A DNA stretch of 64,000 nucleotides from Octopus sinensis (lineage: Eukaryota): positions 57,040,001 to 57,104,000 of the forward strand of contig NC_043007.1 in assembly GCF_006345805.1 (NCBI RefSeq), in the 5' to 3' direction. This document shows positions 27,701 through 38,675 of the stretch, in pieces (the stretch's first letter is position 1; each line of letters opens with the position of its first letter). The notes under the pieces were generated by a model. That model was not told the DNA's origin and ran no database searches. It worked only from the letters and a program-made list of their open reading frames with translations. Both the position numbers and the translations under genes were made by a program.

Positions 27701-28992
27701 GTATTCAATGAAAGATTTTAAAAACCAAGTGTAAGTCATTTAATGAGTTACATTAACAGCACTGATCTTGTTGAAGCTATGCCAGAACTCTTCAATCTGT
27801 GCAAGTTGATTTTGACAATTCCGTCTACCACTGCTTCTGTAGAGCGATCCTTTTCTGCATTAAGTAGAATTAAAACATACCAAAGAAATGCGACAGGAGA
27901 AAGAAGACTGTCTGGGTTAGCACTAATGTCAATTGAAAAAGATTTATTACAAGAATTGATGAAAAGAAGATTTCTATGAAATGTGATAGATATATTTGCC
28001 CAGAAAGATCGAAGAATTGAATTAATTTATAAATGAGCTAAGTAACATTTTAAACATTAAAAAAAATATATATTAAAGAGCATATTACAGGTTTTGCTAG
28101 TGTTTGTTATAACGTAAGGTTCGACCTTCTTACATCAGTATTGTTTCGCAGGAGAAATGTTTTGATTTCTTCGTGAAACCTAACCTACATAGATTTCCCT
28201 TTCTGTGCTGCTGGGTGTAGTCTATTTACGGCCGTAAATAAGTGTTTTGTTTCACTTTCAATAAGTGTCTTGTTTCAATCTCAGAGATGTTGACTTCTGC
28301 CACAACAGTTTTGGGAGGCTTTTTACAATGTTGAATTTTCGCTGTCTTTCATTGTGTGCGTATTCATGTATATGCGTGTATTTTCAATGTTTGTGCGTGA
28401 GACGTAGTCCTTTAATGTACGGAGTTCAGTAAGTCTCAGAACAGTCAATAATTTTCCCGGAATTGACAAGTAGCATGATAAAGAACCTGACTTGTCTTCG
28501 AGAGCGTAACGATCTAAAACCATGGCCATATAATGTAACTAAATGTGTTCTTTTAATTAAATCATTTCATTCAGCTCAACCGATAGGTATAGGGGCTAAT
28601 GCAGAATCGCACCCCTTTGAAAAACGAATTTATGTGAAAATTTTTTTTCGGATTCCTACCTTTAACAGAGATTCTGAATATGCAAAAATATTGACAGAAT
28701 CCAATTTCATCTTTATTACATTTCACTTATGATTTTTAGACTTTTCTAAGGGAGAATGAGGATGGGAAAGTACTGACGTTTCGAAGAGCAAAGAATAATA
28801 CAAACAATACACTTATTTCAGGATCATCTCTGCACAGCCATTTTTTATTCCCTGTTTATTCTGCACATTCAGAATCTCTTATATGTAAATCGTAGGAATA
28901 CGAAAATGTTTTACTGAAAAATTGCCGGCGGGGGGGGGGGGGGGCATGAAATTAATTGCATGCCCAACGCCGGAAGTCACCGCACGCCACTG

Positions 28993-29041
<49 letters not shown>

Positions 29042-29052
29042 ATATATATATG

Positions 29053-29084
<32 letters not shown>

Positions 29085-29218
29085 ATAATAAATATTAGGG
29101 AATATATCCAAATTTACAGGGAAAAAAAATCAGATTTAGGATTAAATCCAATTTTATAGTAAAATATTATAAATATTATTTGAGACAAAACCACTATTTT
29201 GCAAAACAAACAAGGAAC

Positions 29219-29252
<34 letters not shown>

Positions 29253-29271
29253 ATATATATGTGTGTATATA

Positions 29272-29314
<43 letters not shown>

Positions 29315-31434
29315 GTATGTATGTATGTGTATATATATATGTATGTATGTGTATATATATATATGTGTGTGTGTGTGTATAAATAGGTTTAGAAAGTGAT
29401 GTGTATATATGTCCGTTTATAATTTGTTTATCTGGGAGCGGTGTTTAAAAAGCTAGTGGTATTGGCAAAAAAAATTTATAAATGATTTCTCTGTTTTGCC
29501 GCGGAGCAATTTTATATTTCTGTGACCTTTTAATCGAACTATTATAAAATAAAGCTCAAATCAAGTAAAAATTGATTAAGGGGCATAACTCTTTATTTCT
29601 TGAAATTACATTGATCTCCCTTGTATCGTTATATTTATCCCTGAAATTGTATTTTGGTTTTCGTAATTTTTCACCAAATAAATTATTGTTCATAACGCCT
29701 CTTGATTTTTGTGTCGTTGGCAACTACACACTAACTCTAAGCATCTATATTTCATGTATTTAAAAAAATTTTTAAAGACAACCTACGTTCTCCTTGTTTT
29801 CAGCTAGTAGGCACTTCTTAGTTCTTGGTCCATGGTATTGCATTTTTGTACCTACCACATTACCGTGTAATAGCTTGCTATCCAGTCCAGATTTTTGAGG
29901 ACCGTTGATTATGTTAAATTATAGATACATATCATGTGCTGTGGTATTATTTAATCTGTCAGAGTGGTAGCCAGAAAGAAACAAACAAAAATAAAAACAA
30001 AATAAAAAACAACAAAATCTCCCAAAGAACCTAGGAACTAAAGTAAAAAAGAAAATGCCACAAGCGTGGCTATGTGGTAAGAAGTTTACTTCCCACTGCA
30101 TGACAACTTGGTTAAGTATCTTCTATTATAGTCGTAAGTTGAATAAAGTCTTCTGGGTGGATTTGGTAGATGGAAATTGAAAGAAGCCCTTCGTGTATGT
30201 ATGACTGTATATATCTATTTCTTTATTACCCACAAGGGGCTAAACATAGAGGGGACAAACATGGACAGACATAGGTATTAAGTCGATTATATCGACCCCA
30301 GTGCGTAACTGGTACTTAATTTATCGACCCCGAAAGGATGAAAGGCAAAGTCGACCTCGGCGGAATTTGAACATGTATGTATGTATGTATGTATGTATGT
30401 ATGTATGTATGTATGTATGTATGTGTGTGTGCATGTATGTATGTATGTATGCATGTATGTATGTATATATGTATGTATGTATGTGTGTGTGTGTGCATGT
30501 ATGTATGTATGCATGTATGCATGTATGTATGCATGCATGCATGCATGCATGTATGTATGCATGCATGCATGCATGCATGTATGTATGTATGTATGTATGT
30601 ATGTATGTATGTATGTTGTGTGTGTGTTTTAGTGATACATAAATAATTAAAGTATTTTTTACTCTCATTTTTAGTATTCTCTTTTTGAATAGAATTTTTC
30701 CAAATTGAATGTGAAATGGTACAGGCTGCATTTTTAGGTTGTCTTGTAAAGACTGTTTCTATTTCGAGTAAAACAGGAATGTAACCAATTCCAAATGACA
30801 ATAATTAGAGATCGTAACACGAATCCATAGGGATGTTTCAGTGGAATTAAAATCGAAGTGTAATGATCATAGCGTTTTTTTAATGTCGTCAACGCGTACC
30901 AAAAATGTTGGATGCAAGGGAAGTAATAATGAGACATATATTTAGGGGATTTGCAGTTATTTCCCTTAGACACAGACATTCAACTTCTGATGAAATGCCT
31001 ATGTACACATGCAAAAATACGTTTATGTATATATATATATCTGTGTGTGTGTGTGTGTGTATGTGCACGTGTGTGACACAAGGATAGCAATTTTGGACGC
31101 TAGATATTTGGCAGCTACTTTATCTTATCAACTCCAAAAGGATGAAAATCAACGATGAACCAGTAAATCTAATTCGATGCAGTAGCTAACCGGTATTTCA
31201 TCTTGGAAGAATAAATGGTTAAGTAAAACTTGACAGGAAGCAAACTCAGGATACAAATGAATTGGAAAGAAATATAACTAAACACACAGTCCAGCACGCA
31301 CGTACACACACACACGGACACACACACACACACACACACACACATGCACACACACATACATACATACATACATACATACATACACGCACACACAAGCATG
31401 CATGCACATGTAAAGTGAAGTTTATGCAGATTTG

Positions 31435-31479
<45 letters not shown>

Positions 31480-31518
31480 TTTCATCATTATTATTATCAT
31501 TATTATTAGAGATTATTA

Positions 31519-31573
<55 letters not shown>

Positions 31574-31574
31574 G

Positions 31575-31609
<35 letters not shown>

Positions 31610-33162
31610 GGTGGCAAAATCGTTAGCATGCCAGGCAAAATGCTTTGCAGTATTTTGTCCTTCATTATGTTCTGAGTTCAAATTCTGCTGAGGTTGAATT
31701 TGCCTTTTATCTTTCCAGGGTCAATAAAATAAGTACCAGTTGAGTACTGAGGTCGAGATATTTGACTTACCCGCACCCCACCAAATTCAGGCCTTGTGTC
31801 TATAGCAGAAAGCATTATCATTATTATTATCATTAAAGCCGCAAGTTCGCAGTGTCATTAGCATGCCACATGAAATGCTTTGCAGGATTTCATTTGTCTT
31901 TGTTCTGAGGTCGACTTCGCCTTTCATCATTTCAGGGTCAATAAATTAAGTACCAGTGAAACACTGGAATCAATGTGACCGACTAGTCCCCTGCATCCAT
32001 ATTTCAGGCCTTGTGCCTTTAGTAGAAAGAATTATTATTATTAAGGTGGTGAGCTGGCTGAACTGTTAGCACACCTGGAAAAATGCTTAGCATCATTTCA
32101 TCTGTCTGTACATTCTGAGTTCAAATTCTGCAGGGATTGACTTTACCTTTCATCCTTTCAGGGGCGATAAAATATGTACCAGTTGAACACTGGAATTGAT
32201 GTAATTGACTTAACCCTTTCCCCTGAAATTGCTGACCTTGTGCTCAGATCTAAAACCATTATTATTATTATTATTATTATTATCATCTGTAGGGGAATTC
32301 TACTCTTGAGCCTGATGTTTTACAAGATCTGTTGGAATCATGTGCTGTGTCTTTAACTGAATCTGCTGCCAATTCATTATGTACAACTGCCCGATCAACT
32401 AACTCTTCTCTTGATGAAGATTTAATGCGACTAAGGTAAGTGTTTTATACAACATACTGCAAACAGTTTAGATTTCAGAAGTGATGAGAATCACCTTATA
32501 AAGACAGAAAATATGATGATAAACTGCACAATACACTGAGAATAGCAATAGTAATTGGTAATGCTTTTAAAGTTAACTGTTAAGTTTTTGATCAGCACCA
32601 AATGATTGGTGAAAACTAACAGTCTACTAAGAGTGAAACTAAAGGTTTCTACTATGTTGGTCTGTTATTTTGGGAGTCAGGGAAGATGTATTCTTAATAG
32701 AGAAACTTAATTTTTAAAACCTCTCATCTTCCTCATAGCAAATAGCTTTCAATAGAAAGATAACTGGTGAGTATTTTAAATAGAAAAGTCTCTATTGAAT
32801 TACTGAGTGTATTTTTAGTTTGTTATGATAAATATAAGTCATTCTTTCAAGCAAACCTTGCCTTCGATTGTTGTCCAGTTTTAGTGGGTATAATTATCTT
32901 TCAGCTGATGAGATAATTTATTAGTGTTATAATTTAAATTCCCAGGGCAATTAATCACAGTTTTTGTAGGTTTATGTTTTACACTGTAGATGCAGGGGTA
33001 ACTGTCTGATTAAGAAGTTTGCTCCCCAACCACATGCTTTTAGATACGGTCCCACTGCTTGGCACCTTGGGAAAGTGTCCTCTACTATAAACCCCGTCTG
33101 ATCAAAAACTTGTGACTGGATTTAGAAGACAGAAATTGAAAGAAGTACCATGTATGTGTGTG

Positions 33163-33226
<64 letters not shown>

Positions 33227-34087
33227 TGAGTGAGTGTGTGTGTGTCCTTGTATTGGCATTATGTGACAACTAAATGAGCATCACTATCATACAAGAGATG
33301 TATTTTTTTTCTCATCTTCCATGGAAAACTTGTCCAGCCTTGGGGAAATATTACTTAGCCTGGAAATAGGTGAGAGTTGGCAACAGAAAAAAACATTTAG
33401 CTATAGAAAATTTGTCTCAGTTAGTTCTGTTTGACCCATACAAGAATGAAAAAGAGGATGACAAAACGATGATGATAGTGATGATGTCGACAACGACGAT
33501 GGCAGCATTTCAACTGATGCAATCTCTGATTATACTTAGGTCTTCTACTTCTGCAAAAATATAGTTCTTTAGAGTTATACGAGAACTAAGAATCTTTGCT
33601 TCAAATACAAAACTAATGAGTTAATGAATGGTAGAAGAGTTTAGGTGGACAGGGGTGAAATCAAAAGCACTGAAAACAAAAAGAGATGTTAAAAAACAAT
33701 ATATAGATTACCATCTTTGGGCAGTGGAGCAGTGATGAAAACTGTAGTCAGCTCCTGCATACTATCATATATTTTGGCAATGACCTTGTTGACTTGGAAC
33801 CAATTGAGCTACTTTGAAATGTACTGGCAATAGCTGTTATTGTTTAGCTCCAGGTTAAGCCCTGATGACAGCCATAGAATCACATCTTACCCTTTTTTCT
33901 TGCTTTTGGTTTAGTGCAGATGCAAGCATGGCTGTGCGGTAAGAAACTTGCTCCCCAACCAACTGGGTTAATGGTTCACTCCCACTGCATGACACCTTGG
34001 GTAACAAGTGTCTTCCACTACAGCCTTGGGCCAACCAAAGCCTTGTGAGTGAATTTGGTTGATGGAAACTGAAAGAAGCCTGTTGTG

Positions 34088-34129
<42 letters not shown>

Positions 34130-37100
34130 CCCTTCCACTGCTTGATGCGTTTACATCTCCAAAACTTAGCAGTTTGGCAAAAGTCATGGGTTGAACAAGT
34201 ACCAGGCTTATGAAATAAATGTACTGGCGTCTATTCATTTGTCTAAATATTCTAGGCAGTGCCCCAGCATGACCATAGTCTAATAACTGAAACAAATAAA
34301 AGAAAAGATAAAAGATAGTGTAGCTAAGACTGTATCCTCGAATTTTTAAAGTAGTAGGTAGGATATGATGGTGTAGATTTTGCTGCCATATTTAGCTGAT
34401 TGAGCAACCCCAGTGATGTTCCCTTGTTGGCTTGTACTGAAATTAAATTGATAAGATGATGGTATTTCATATGCACACACAGACACATGCATGTGCACAC
34501 CAACACACACATGTACACACACATGTACCCATGTACACACACATGCACACAGGCATCCATGTACACACACACACACACACACACACAAGCACACATGCAC
34601 CCATGTACATATACATGCACACACATATGCATGCTGAATTTTGGAATTACTGCATCTTTGTGTATTTTTCAATTTTTATCATTCTTCTTTTATTTTGAAC
34701 CTGATGAAAACTGATGTAGCAATGAAATATTGTGAAACTGTTCTTTTTATAACATATAGCATTCTTCTAATTGAGTTATAATAATGATTAACTGTATTTG
34801 TGGAAACTCCATGGTTTATTTGATTCTTGAGATGATGTAAAGTTCACATTGGTAGTACTGAAGGTGCAACATTGAGAAACAACATCTCTGAAAGCTGTAT
34901 TATGATACCTTCTATTTTGTGAGTTATCAATTATTTTCCATTTTATGTCAAGAAGTCAAGAATCTTATCTATGGAATGAAATTGAAGCCATTATCTATAA
35001 TATTACTCTGCTACTGAATGTTGGTAGAGTTTTAACAAATCTTAATGCATTTCTTTAAAGAAATATAAAACACTTTACCCTAAACCTTCTTATTCTTTCT
35101 CATGTTAACTTGTGTCATCTATTGTTGTCCTTATTTTATAAATAATTACCAGTTTCAATTGAGCAGACGATAATTAATTACACTAAAGCACATGTGTTAA
35201 GTGATGGGTGATATTAAAATTTAAAACAAAGCATTAGAAAGCAACACTCTTTACTGTCCAAACACCACTGCCACCTCTGTTAACCAATATCACTACTGAC
35301 TCCACTGATTACAAGTAAGTTCACCACCATCAGTTCATTGCAGGAGAGTTCACTACCAGAAATTCATCATCAAGAAAGTTCACTGTGAGGAAAGTTTACC
35401 GAGAAAATATATCCATAGTATCTCACCAGTAATAGTTATAAACTATTTTATTGCAAAAAAATGGTGAATTGATGATGGTGAACTTTCCCTGAAGTGAATC
35501 GATGACGGTGAACTTTCCAGACATGGACTTCACCACCATACTTATCAGTAACAAAGCACAATTCAGCTTATTTGCCAATCAAGATTATTTTCATTTCCTT
35601 TCATTTCAGTTCAGTCCATCCACCCATCCACTCACCCTTCCATCCATATACCTATCTACCTACCTACCTACCTACCCACCCACCCAAATAAACAAACAAA
35701 CAATACCCCACAAAATACATTGCAACACGAACAACATCAGCAACTGAAAGCCCCCCAAACAACAAGAGAAAAGCAATGACTCTCCCCTGCAGATCCCTCT
35801 CCTCTAAGGTATGTCCCTCTCTGGTTGGAACCATTCAGCCATGATGTGTGCAGAAGAGGACAACAAGGAGCTGAAGTGGTGAAAAGTTCTAATGCAAAGT
35901 AAAGAAAAAGAAATAAAAACACACTAACACCCCCTCCCCCCACCGTAGCTATGAACAAATAGGTGAGATACTTTAGGGCAGGGATGCACACATTTTTTTA
36001 GCATGCGAGCTACTTATAAATTTATTGAGGATTCTTTATATGCACAATATATGATTGATTGATTCCAGTTTCAGCTCATGAGCTGTGGCCATGCTGGGGC
36101 ACCGCCATTTGTTGGGGTACCTTGTATAACTGCATGAATCCATATTGCATAATATAATTCTGTATATTTTTTGTCATTATCTTACCCCAACATATATTGT
36201 ACATGACTTGCACTGAATAGAATCAGCCAGGGATGCATAGTCCAGACAGTAGCTGCTGGTTGCTAGCCTCAAGCACACTTCCAAAATGATCACCAGTCAT
36301 GGTGGAATGGTATTTGGACCTAATAATCTTCATGTGGGAAAAGGCTGACTCACGTAAATAAGTGGAGCCAAACAATGTAGTTAAGGAGGTGGCACATTTC
36401 CTCATGTTAGGGTACTTTTCTTCTGTGAGTAAGTTCCAGAACTGTCCATGGGCCCTGGACTTCAGCTGAATGTCAGCCTGTAGTGTCAAAATCTCATCCT
36501 CCACTCCTGAAGAGTTCAGGTGAAACATTGTTGCAATTTTTGATGTGAGTAAATCAACCTTAGCATCTTCTCAAAAAGGGTAGCACATGAATGTAGCAAC
36601 TGGCTTGAGTAAAGCAAAGTCTTGAAAGCGATTGTCAAACTCTGATAGATAATTGTCAGTCTGCTCTGTATAGTGTGCACTGTCAAGTTGCACACACGCC
36701 TTTCCTTGGGTCTCTAGCTCTGTCATGAGGTTCTTTAAATTTGTCAAATCATGGCACTGCAGCTTTGAGGAGTAGGAATTTTCCTCGACTAAACCATCTC
36801 ATGACAGTGCGTAGCAACAACTTAAAATGGTCGCAGATGCTCATGGAATAGCTGTCTTTGAAGAGATCTGACACAAATAGAACTGGCTATCTTCATTGCT
36901 ACATCCATATCTCTTTCATGTTGAGCATTTTTGTTGGTGTATTATGCAGTGGTAATTGAGGAAGTCTGGGAAAGCATCGTCCTCCCTGCACTTGGAAATA
37001 AATCCATTTGACCAGCCAACCATCGTGGGCACTCCGTCCGTGGTGGGGAACACGAATTTGCACACTGGGAGCTAGGATTTCTTGATAAGGTTTTTGGAAG

Positions 37101-37724
37101 ACAGAAAGATGTCCTCTCATCGCATGTGTTCTTTCAAGGGCAGTACTGTTAACAGCTCCTCTTTTGCAGTCATATCAGTAAATACCATCTAAATAAAAAT
37201 GCACAACTGGGTCATGTCCCTCACATCTGTAGACATGACCAACTGCAGTGAGAATGTCTTTCTGCAGTGTAGAGAGGGAAGTGCTGCTTTCCTGCAAATT
37301 TGTTGACAGGCAGCTGAATGTGGCAGGGGTGATCATAGTGAATGGCTTGCACTGAGCATGTGCTTGCAGACTGAGGGAGGAGAGCGGAGAGAGAGGCACT
37401 CACTTTAATGGTGAGGATGACTGTGATTTTGAAGGATTTACACAAGCTGCCCTACATTTGAGATTTTTTCTTGTTTGTATTTTTTGTTTCTTTGTTATTT
37501 GACTGTTTACACAGCTTCATGTAACCCTCATTTCGTATCATAATGTACTATCCCAACCTGTACTGTCTGGGTTTTTGTATAAACCTTTAGTTGTTAATAA
37601 AGAATAATGATAATAAATAATAATAATAATAATAATAAATATTATTATTATTATTATCATTCTTCTTCTTCTTCTTCGTCTTCTTCTTCTTCTTCTTCTT
37701 CTTCGTCTTCTTCTTCTTCTTCTT

Positions 37725-37755
<31 letters not shown>

Positions 37756-38623
37756 TTATTATTATTATTATTATCATTCTTCTTCTTCTTCTTATTATTA
37801 TTATTATTATTATTATTATTGCTGTTGTTGTTTTAGCAACTTAAGTCGGCAAAGCCCTTCTGATGTCTTATCCTCCATTATGAAGTCTCCTCCCTGCCTT
37901 GCTGATGATGTGTTGCAAAAGTTATTGATGGAAGCAGCTCCAATGAAGTATAAACCCTTGTCTCCAATATCAGGTAGGTTGCTAGTTCTCCAATCATCCT
38001 CTGTCTTTGACAGTTTTCTTTCTCATTTAGACAAGGACACACTCTTATATTCTTCAGTAAAACTTAGTCTGATATTGCACTACTTAACTTCCATCAAGAA
38101 GTAGTGACCAGACAGACATGCTATTGGACTGTCAGCTGAAAAATTTTGGTTTCAAATCTGCTGCAAGTGTTTTTGAACAGTATATTTATTTCTATATTGC
38201 TTCAGTATACCAAATTGTCAAAAACAGGCACCTTATTACCTAACAGAGAATGTTTTCTGTGACTCAATAGTGTCCTTCTAAATGGAGACTTGTCTGTCAT
38301 TCATTTGGCACCATGAAAATGGTGCTCATTGCCATACTTAGCAATAGGGATTTCTTTCTACTAATGCTTTGTGTTTTTATTTCTGCATTAAAGATAGGTC
38401 TAACACCCCTGACCATAGCATCTTCAGAAGAAGTTGTTCAAATCTCAGCTCATGCACACTGTCCAGTTTCAACAGCCCCAGGAAAGAGTTCGCCAACTTA
38501 AACGTGTCTGCAAGTCAGTCTCCTTCGAAAGTCCAAGATTATTCATTACCAGAACTTTCTTGTCGAGCTAGTCTGGTTGGTTACAATGTTAGTTCACCTG
38601 AATCCCCTCCAATACAATTGTGA
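9436..38623 (+). CDS. FSIP1: FSIP1-like multi-exon gene (10 visible coding exons, ~816 aa visible; 5' end not located)
   Basis: Exons join in phase through GT-AG introns. The translation has the ordered blocks recalled from vertebrate FSIP1: [102 protein letters not shown]. Orthology is by recognition, not a run search. Confidence 0.85.
10210..11520 (-). mobile_element. Decayed R4/Dong-type (RLE) LINE reverse transcriptase
   Basis: Minus-strand peptides [15 protein letters not shown] (YMDD motif), GLQKCGVL and [11 protein letters not shown], with stops and frameshifts. Confidence 0.65.
11580..12175 (+). repeat. Tandem SINE family 2 copies separated by (ATT)n
   Basis: A SINE tail remnant and two full copies (11710, 11944), each embedded in ATT runs. 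Confidence 0.75.
12295..12410 (+). CDS. FSIP1: FSIP1-like exon B ([38 protein letters not shown])
   Basis: ttgttag| acceptor and |gtaaga donor; 116 nt, phase 2 to 1, open frame. Confidence 0.85.
12821..13470. repeat. 25-bp minisatellite, ~26 copies (ggtgcttttatgtgacaccagcaca)
   Basis: Exact 25-nt periodicity with no spacers; embedded in a minus-strand LINE-tail repeat. Confidence 0.95.
15957..16064 (+). CDS. FSIP1: FSIP1-like exon C ([36 protein letters not shown])
   Basis: ttacag| acceptor and |gtgagt donor; 108 nt, phase 1 to 1. Confidence 0.8.
16525..16700. repeat. (CAT)n/(CAC)n trinucleotide microsatellite
   Basis: Direct inspection; intronic, upstream of exon D. Confidence 0.9.
16891..17927 (+). 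CDS. FSIP1: FSIP1-like exon D, large exon with internal tandem repeats, ending [10 protein letters not shown]
   Basis: Inside the 374-aa ORF 16869-17993; ttgtag| acceptor and cag|gtagat donor; 1037 nt, phase 1 to 0. Confidence 0.85.
18918..19028 (+). CDS. FSIP1: FSIP1-like exon E ([37 protein letters not shown])
   Basis: ttttag| acceptor and cag|gtgaga donor; 111 nt, phase 0 to 0; continues the NFIKRNI(E/Q)LAK motif across the intron. Confidence 0.88.
21201..21371 (+). CDS. FSIP1: FSIP1-like exon F (ISDLATKD...[31 protein letters not shown])
   Basis: Long T-rich tract with gatag| acceptor; the |gttaag donor gives the phase 0 required by the next exon; 171 nt. Confidence 0.8.
22070..22237 (+). 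CDS. FSIP1: FSIP1-like exon G ([10 protein letters not shown]...[37 protein letters not shown])
   Basis: cacag|cag NAGNAG acceptor and |gtaaga donor; 168 nt, phase 0 to 0. Confidence 0.85.
23290..23415 (+). mobile_element. RTE-clade LINE 3' end
   Basis: Encodes [21 protein letters not shown], the C-terminal zinc-finger-like motif of RTE ORFs, followed by a short 3' UTR. Confidence 0.7.
23856..24712 (-). mobile_element. Internally deleted Tc1/mariner element
   Basis: ORF 24142-24531 ([31 protein letters not shown]); degenerate TIRs (catggagtgcagtgaataa / tagggtacaatgggtaaa) abut TA runs. Confidence 0.8.
25101..25143 (+). ncRNA. Degenerate minimal hammerhead motif (family A, second copy)
   Basis: tgcac-CTGAAGG-gacccagaacgagtt-GAAA-catatg-TT-gcac; same upstream agtgagac and downstream aataaagtcta context as 28-72. 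Confidence 0.55.
25243..28992 (+). mobile_element. Full-length hAT DNA transposon (3750 bp) in a FSIP1-like intron
   Basis: TIRs CAGGGGCGTGC / GCACGCCACTG (1 mismatch); 8-bp atatatat on both sides, consistent with a TSD in (TA)n. Confidence 0.9.
25928..28036 (+). pseudogene. hAT transposase (ZMYM1-like/DUF4371 plus hATC dimerisation type), disrupted
   Basis: Motifs [25 protein letters not shown] and SVERSFSAL. In-frame stops at 27165 and 27977, a frameshift near 27735 and 5' lesions. Confidence 0.88.
31435..32285 (+). repeat. (ATT)n microsatellite with three tandem SINE family 2 copies
   Basis: Copies at ~31608, ~31837 and ~32044, each followed by an ATT run; the array ends immediately before exon H. 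Confidence 0.8.
32293..32435 (+). CDS. FSIP1: FSIP1-like exon H ([47 protein letters not shown])
   Basis: ctgtag| acceptor and ag|gtaagt donor; 143 nt, phase 0 to 2. Confidence 0.8.
35311..35524. mobile_element. MITE-like element, same family as 5116-5398
   Basis: Shared core gagaaaatatat.catagt.tctcaccagtaatagtt..aaactatttta and inverted gttcacc arrays. Confidence 0.65.
35979..37445 (-). mobile_element. Buster/SPIN/GTF2IRD2-type hAT transposase remnant
   Basis: Minus-strand peptides [30 protein letters not shown] and [17 protein letters not shown]; hAT-like end cagggatgcacac..gcgagctactt at 35979. Confidence 0.8.
37605..37830. repeat. Compound (TAA)/(TAT)/(TCT)n microsatellite abutting exon I
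   Basis: Direct inspection. Confidence 0.9.
37837..37973 (+). CDS. FSIP1: FSIP1-like exon I ([45 protein letters not shown])
   Basis: ttttag| acceptor and cag|gtaggt donor; 137 nt, phase 2 to 1. Confidence 0.8.
38394..38623 (+). CDS. FSIP1: FSIP1-like terminal exon ([15 protein letters not shown]...[10 protein letters not shown])
   Basis: taaag| acceptor in phase 1 and TGA at 38621-38623; an alternative AG 4 nt downstream is possible. Confidence 0.65.
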
Positions 38624-38648
38624 AAGGACAACATATATTTGAATATCA

Positions 38649-38675
38649 AATAAACAACTGTTGATTCTGAATAAA
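38649..38675 (+). terminator. Candidate polyadenylation signals of the FSIP1-like gene
   Basis: Two AATAAA hexamers (38649-38654 and 38670-38675) just after the stop, followed by T-rich sequence. Confidence 0.5.

Noticed and set aside
26196-27979. Host ZMYM1-like gene
   Set aside because: It lies between TIRs with a TSD and has stops and a frameshift, so it is a transposase pseudogene.
34695-34745. CTGATGA...GAAA as a fifth hammerhead
   Set aside because: No convincing stems I-III could be drawn.
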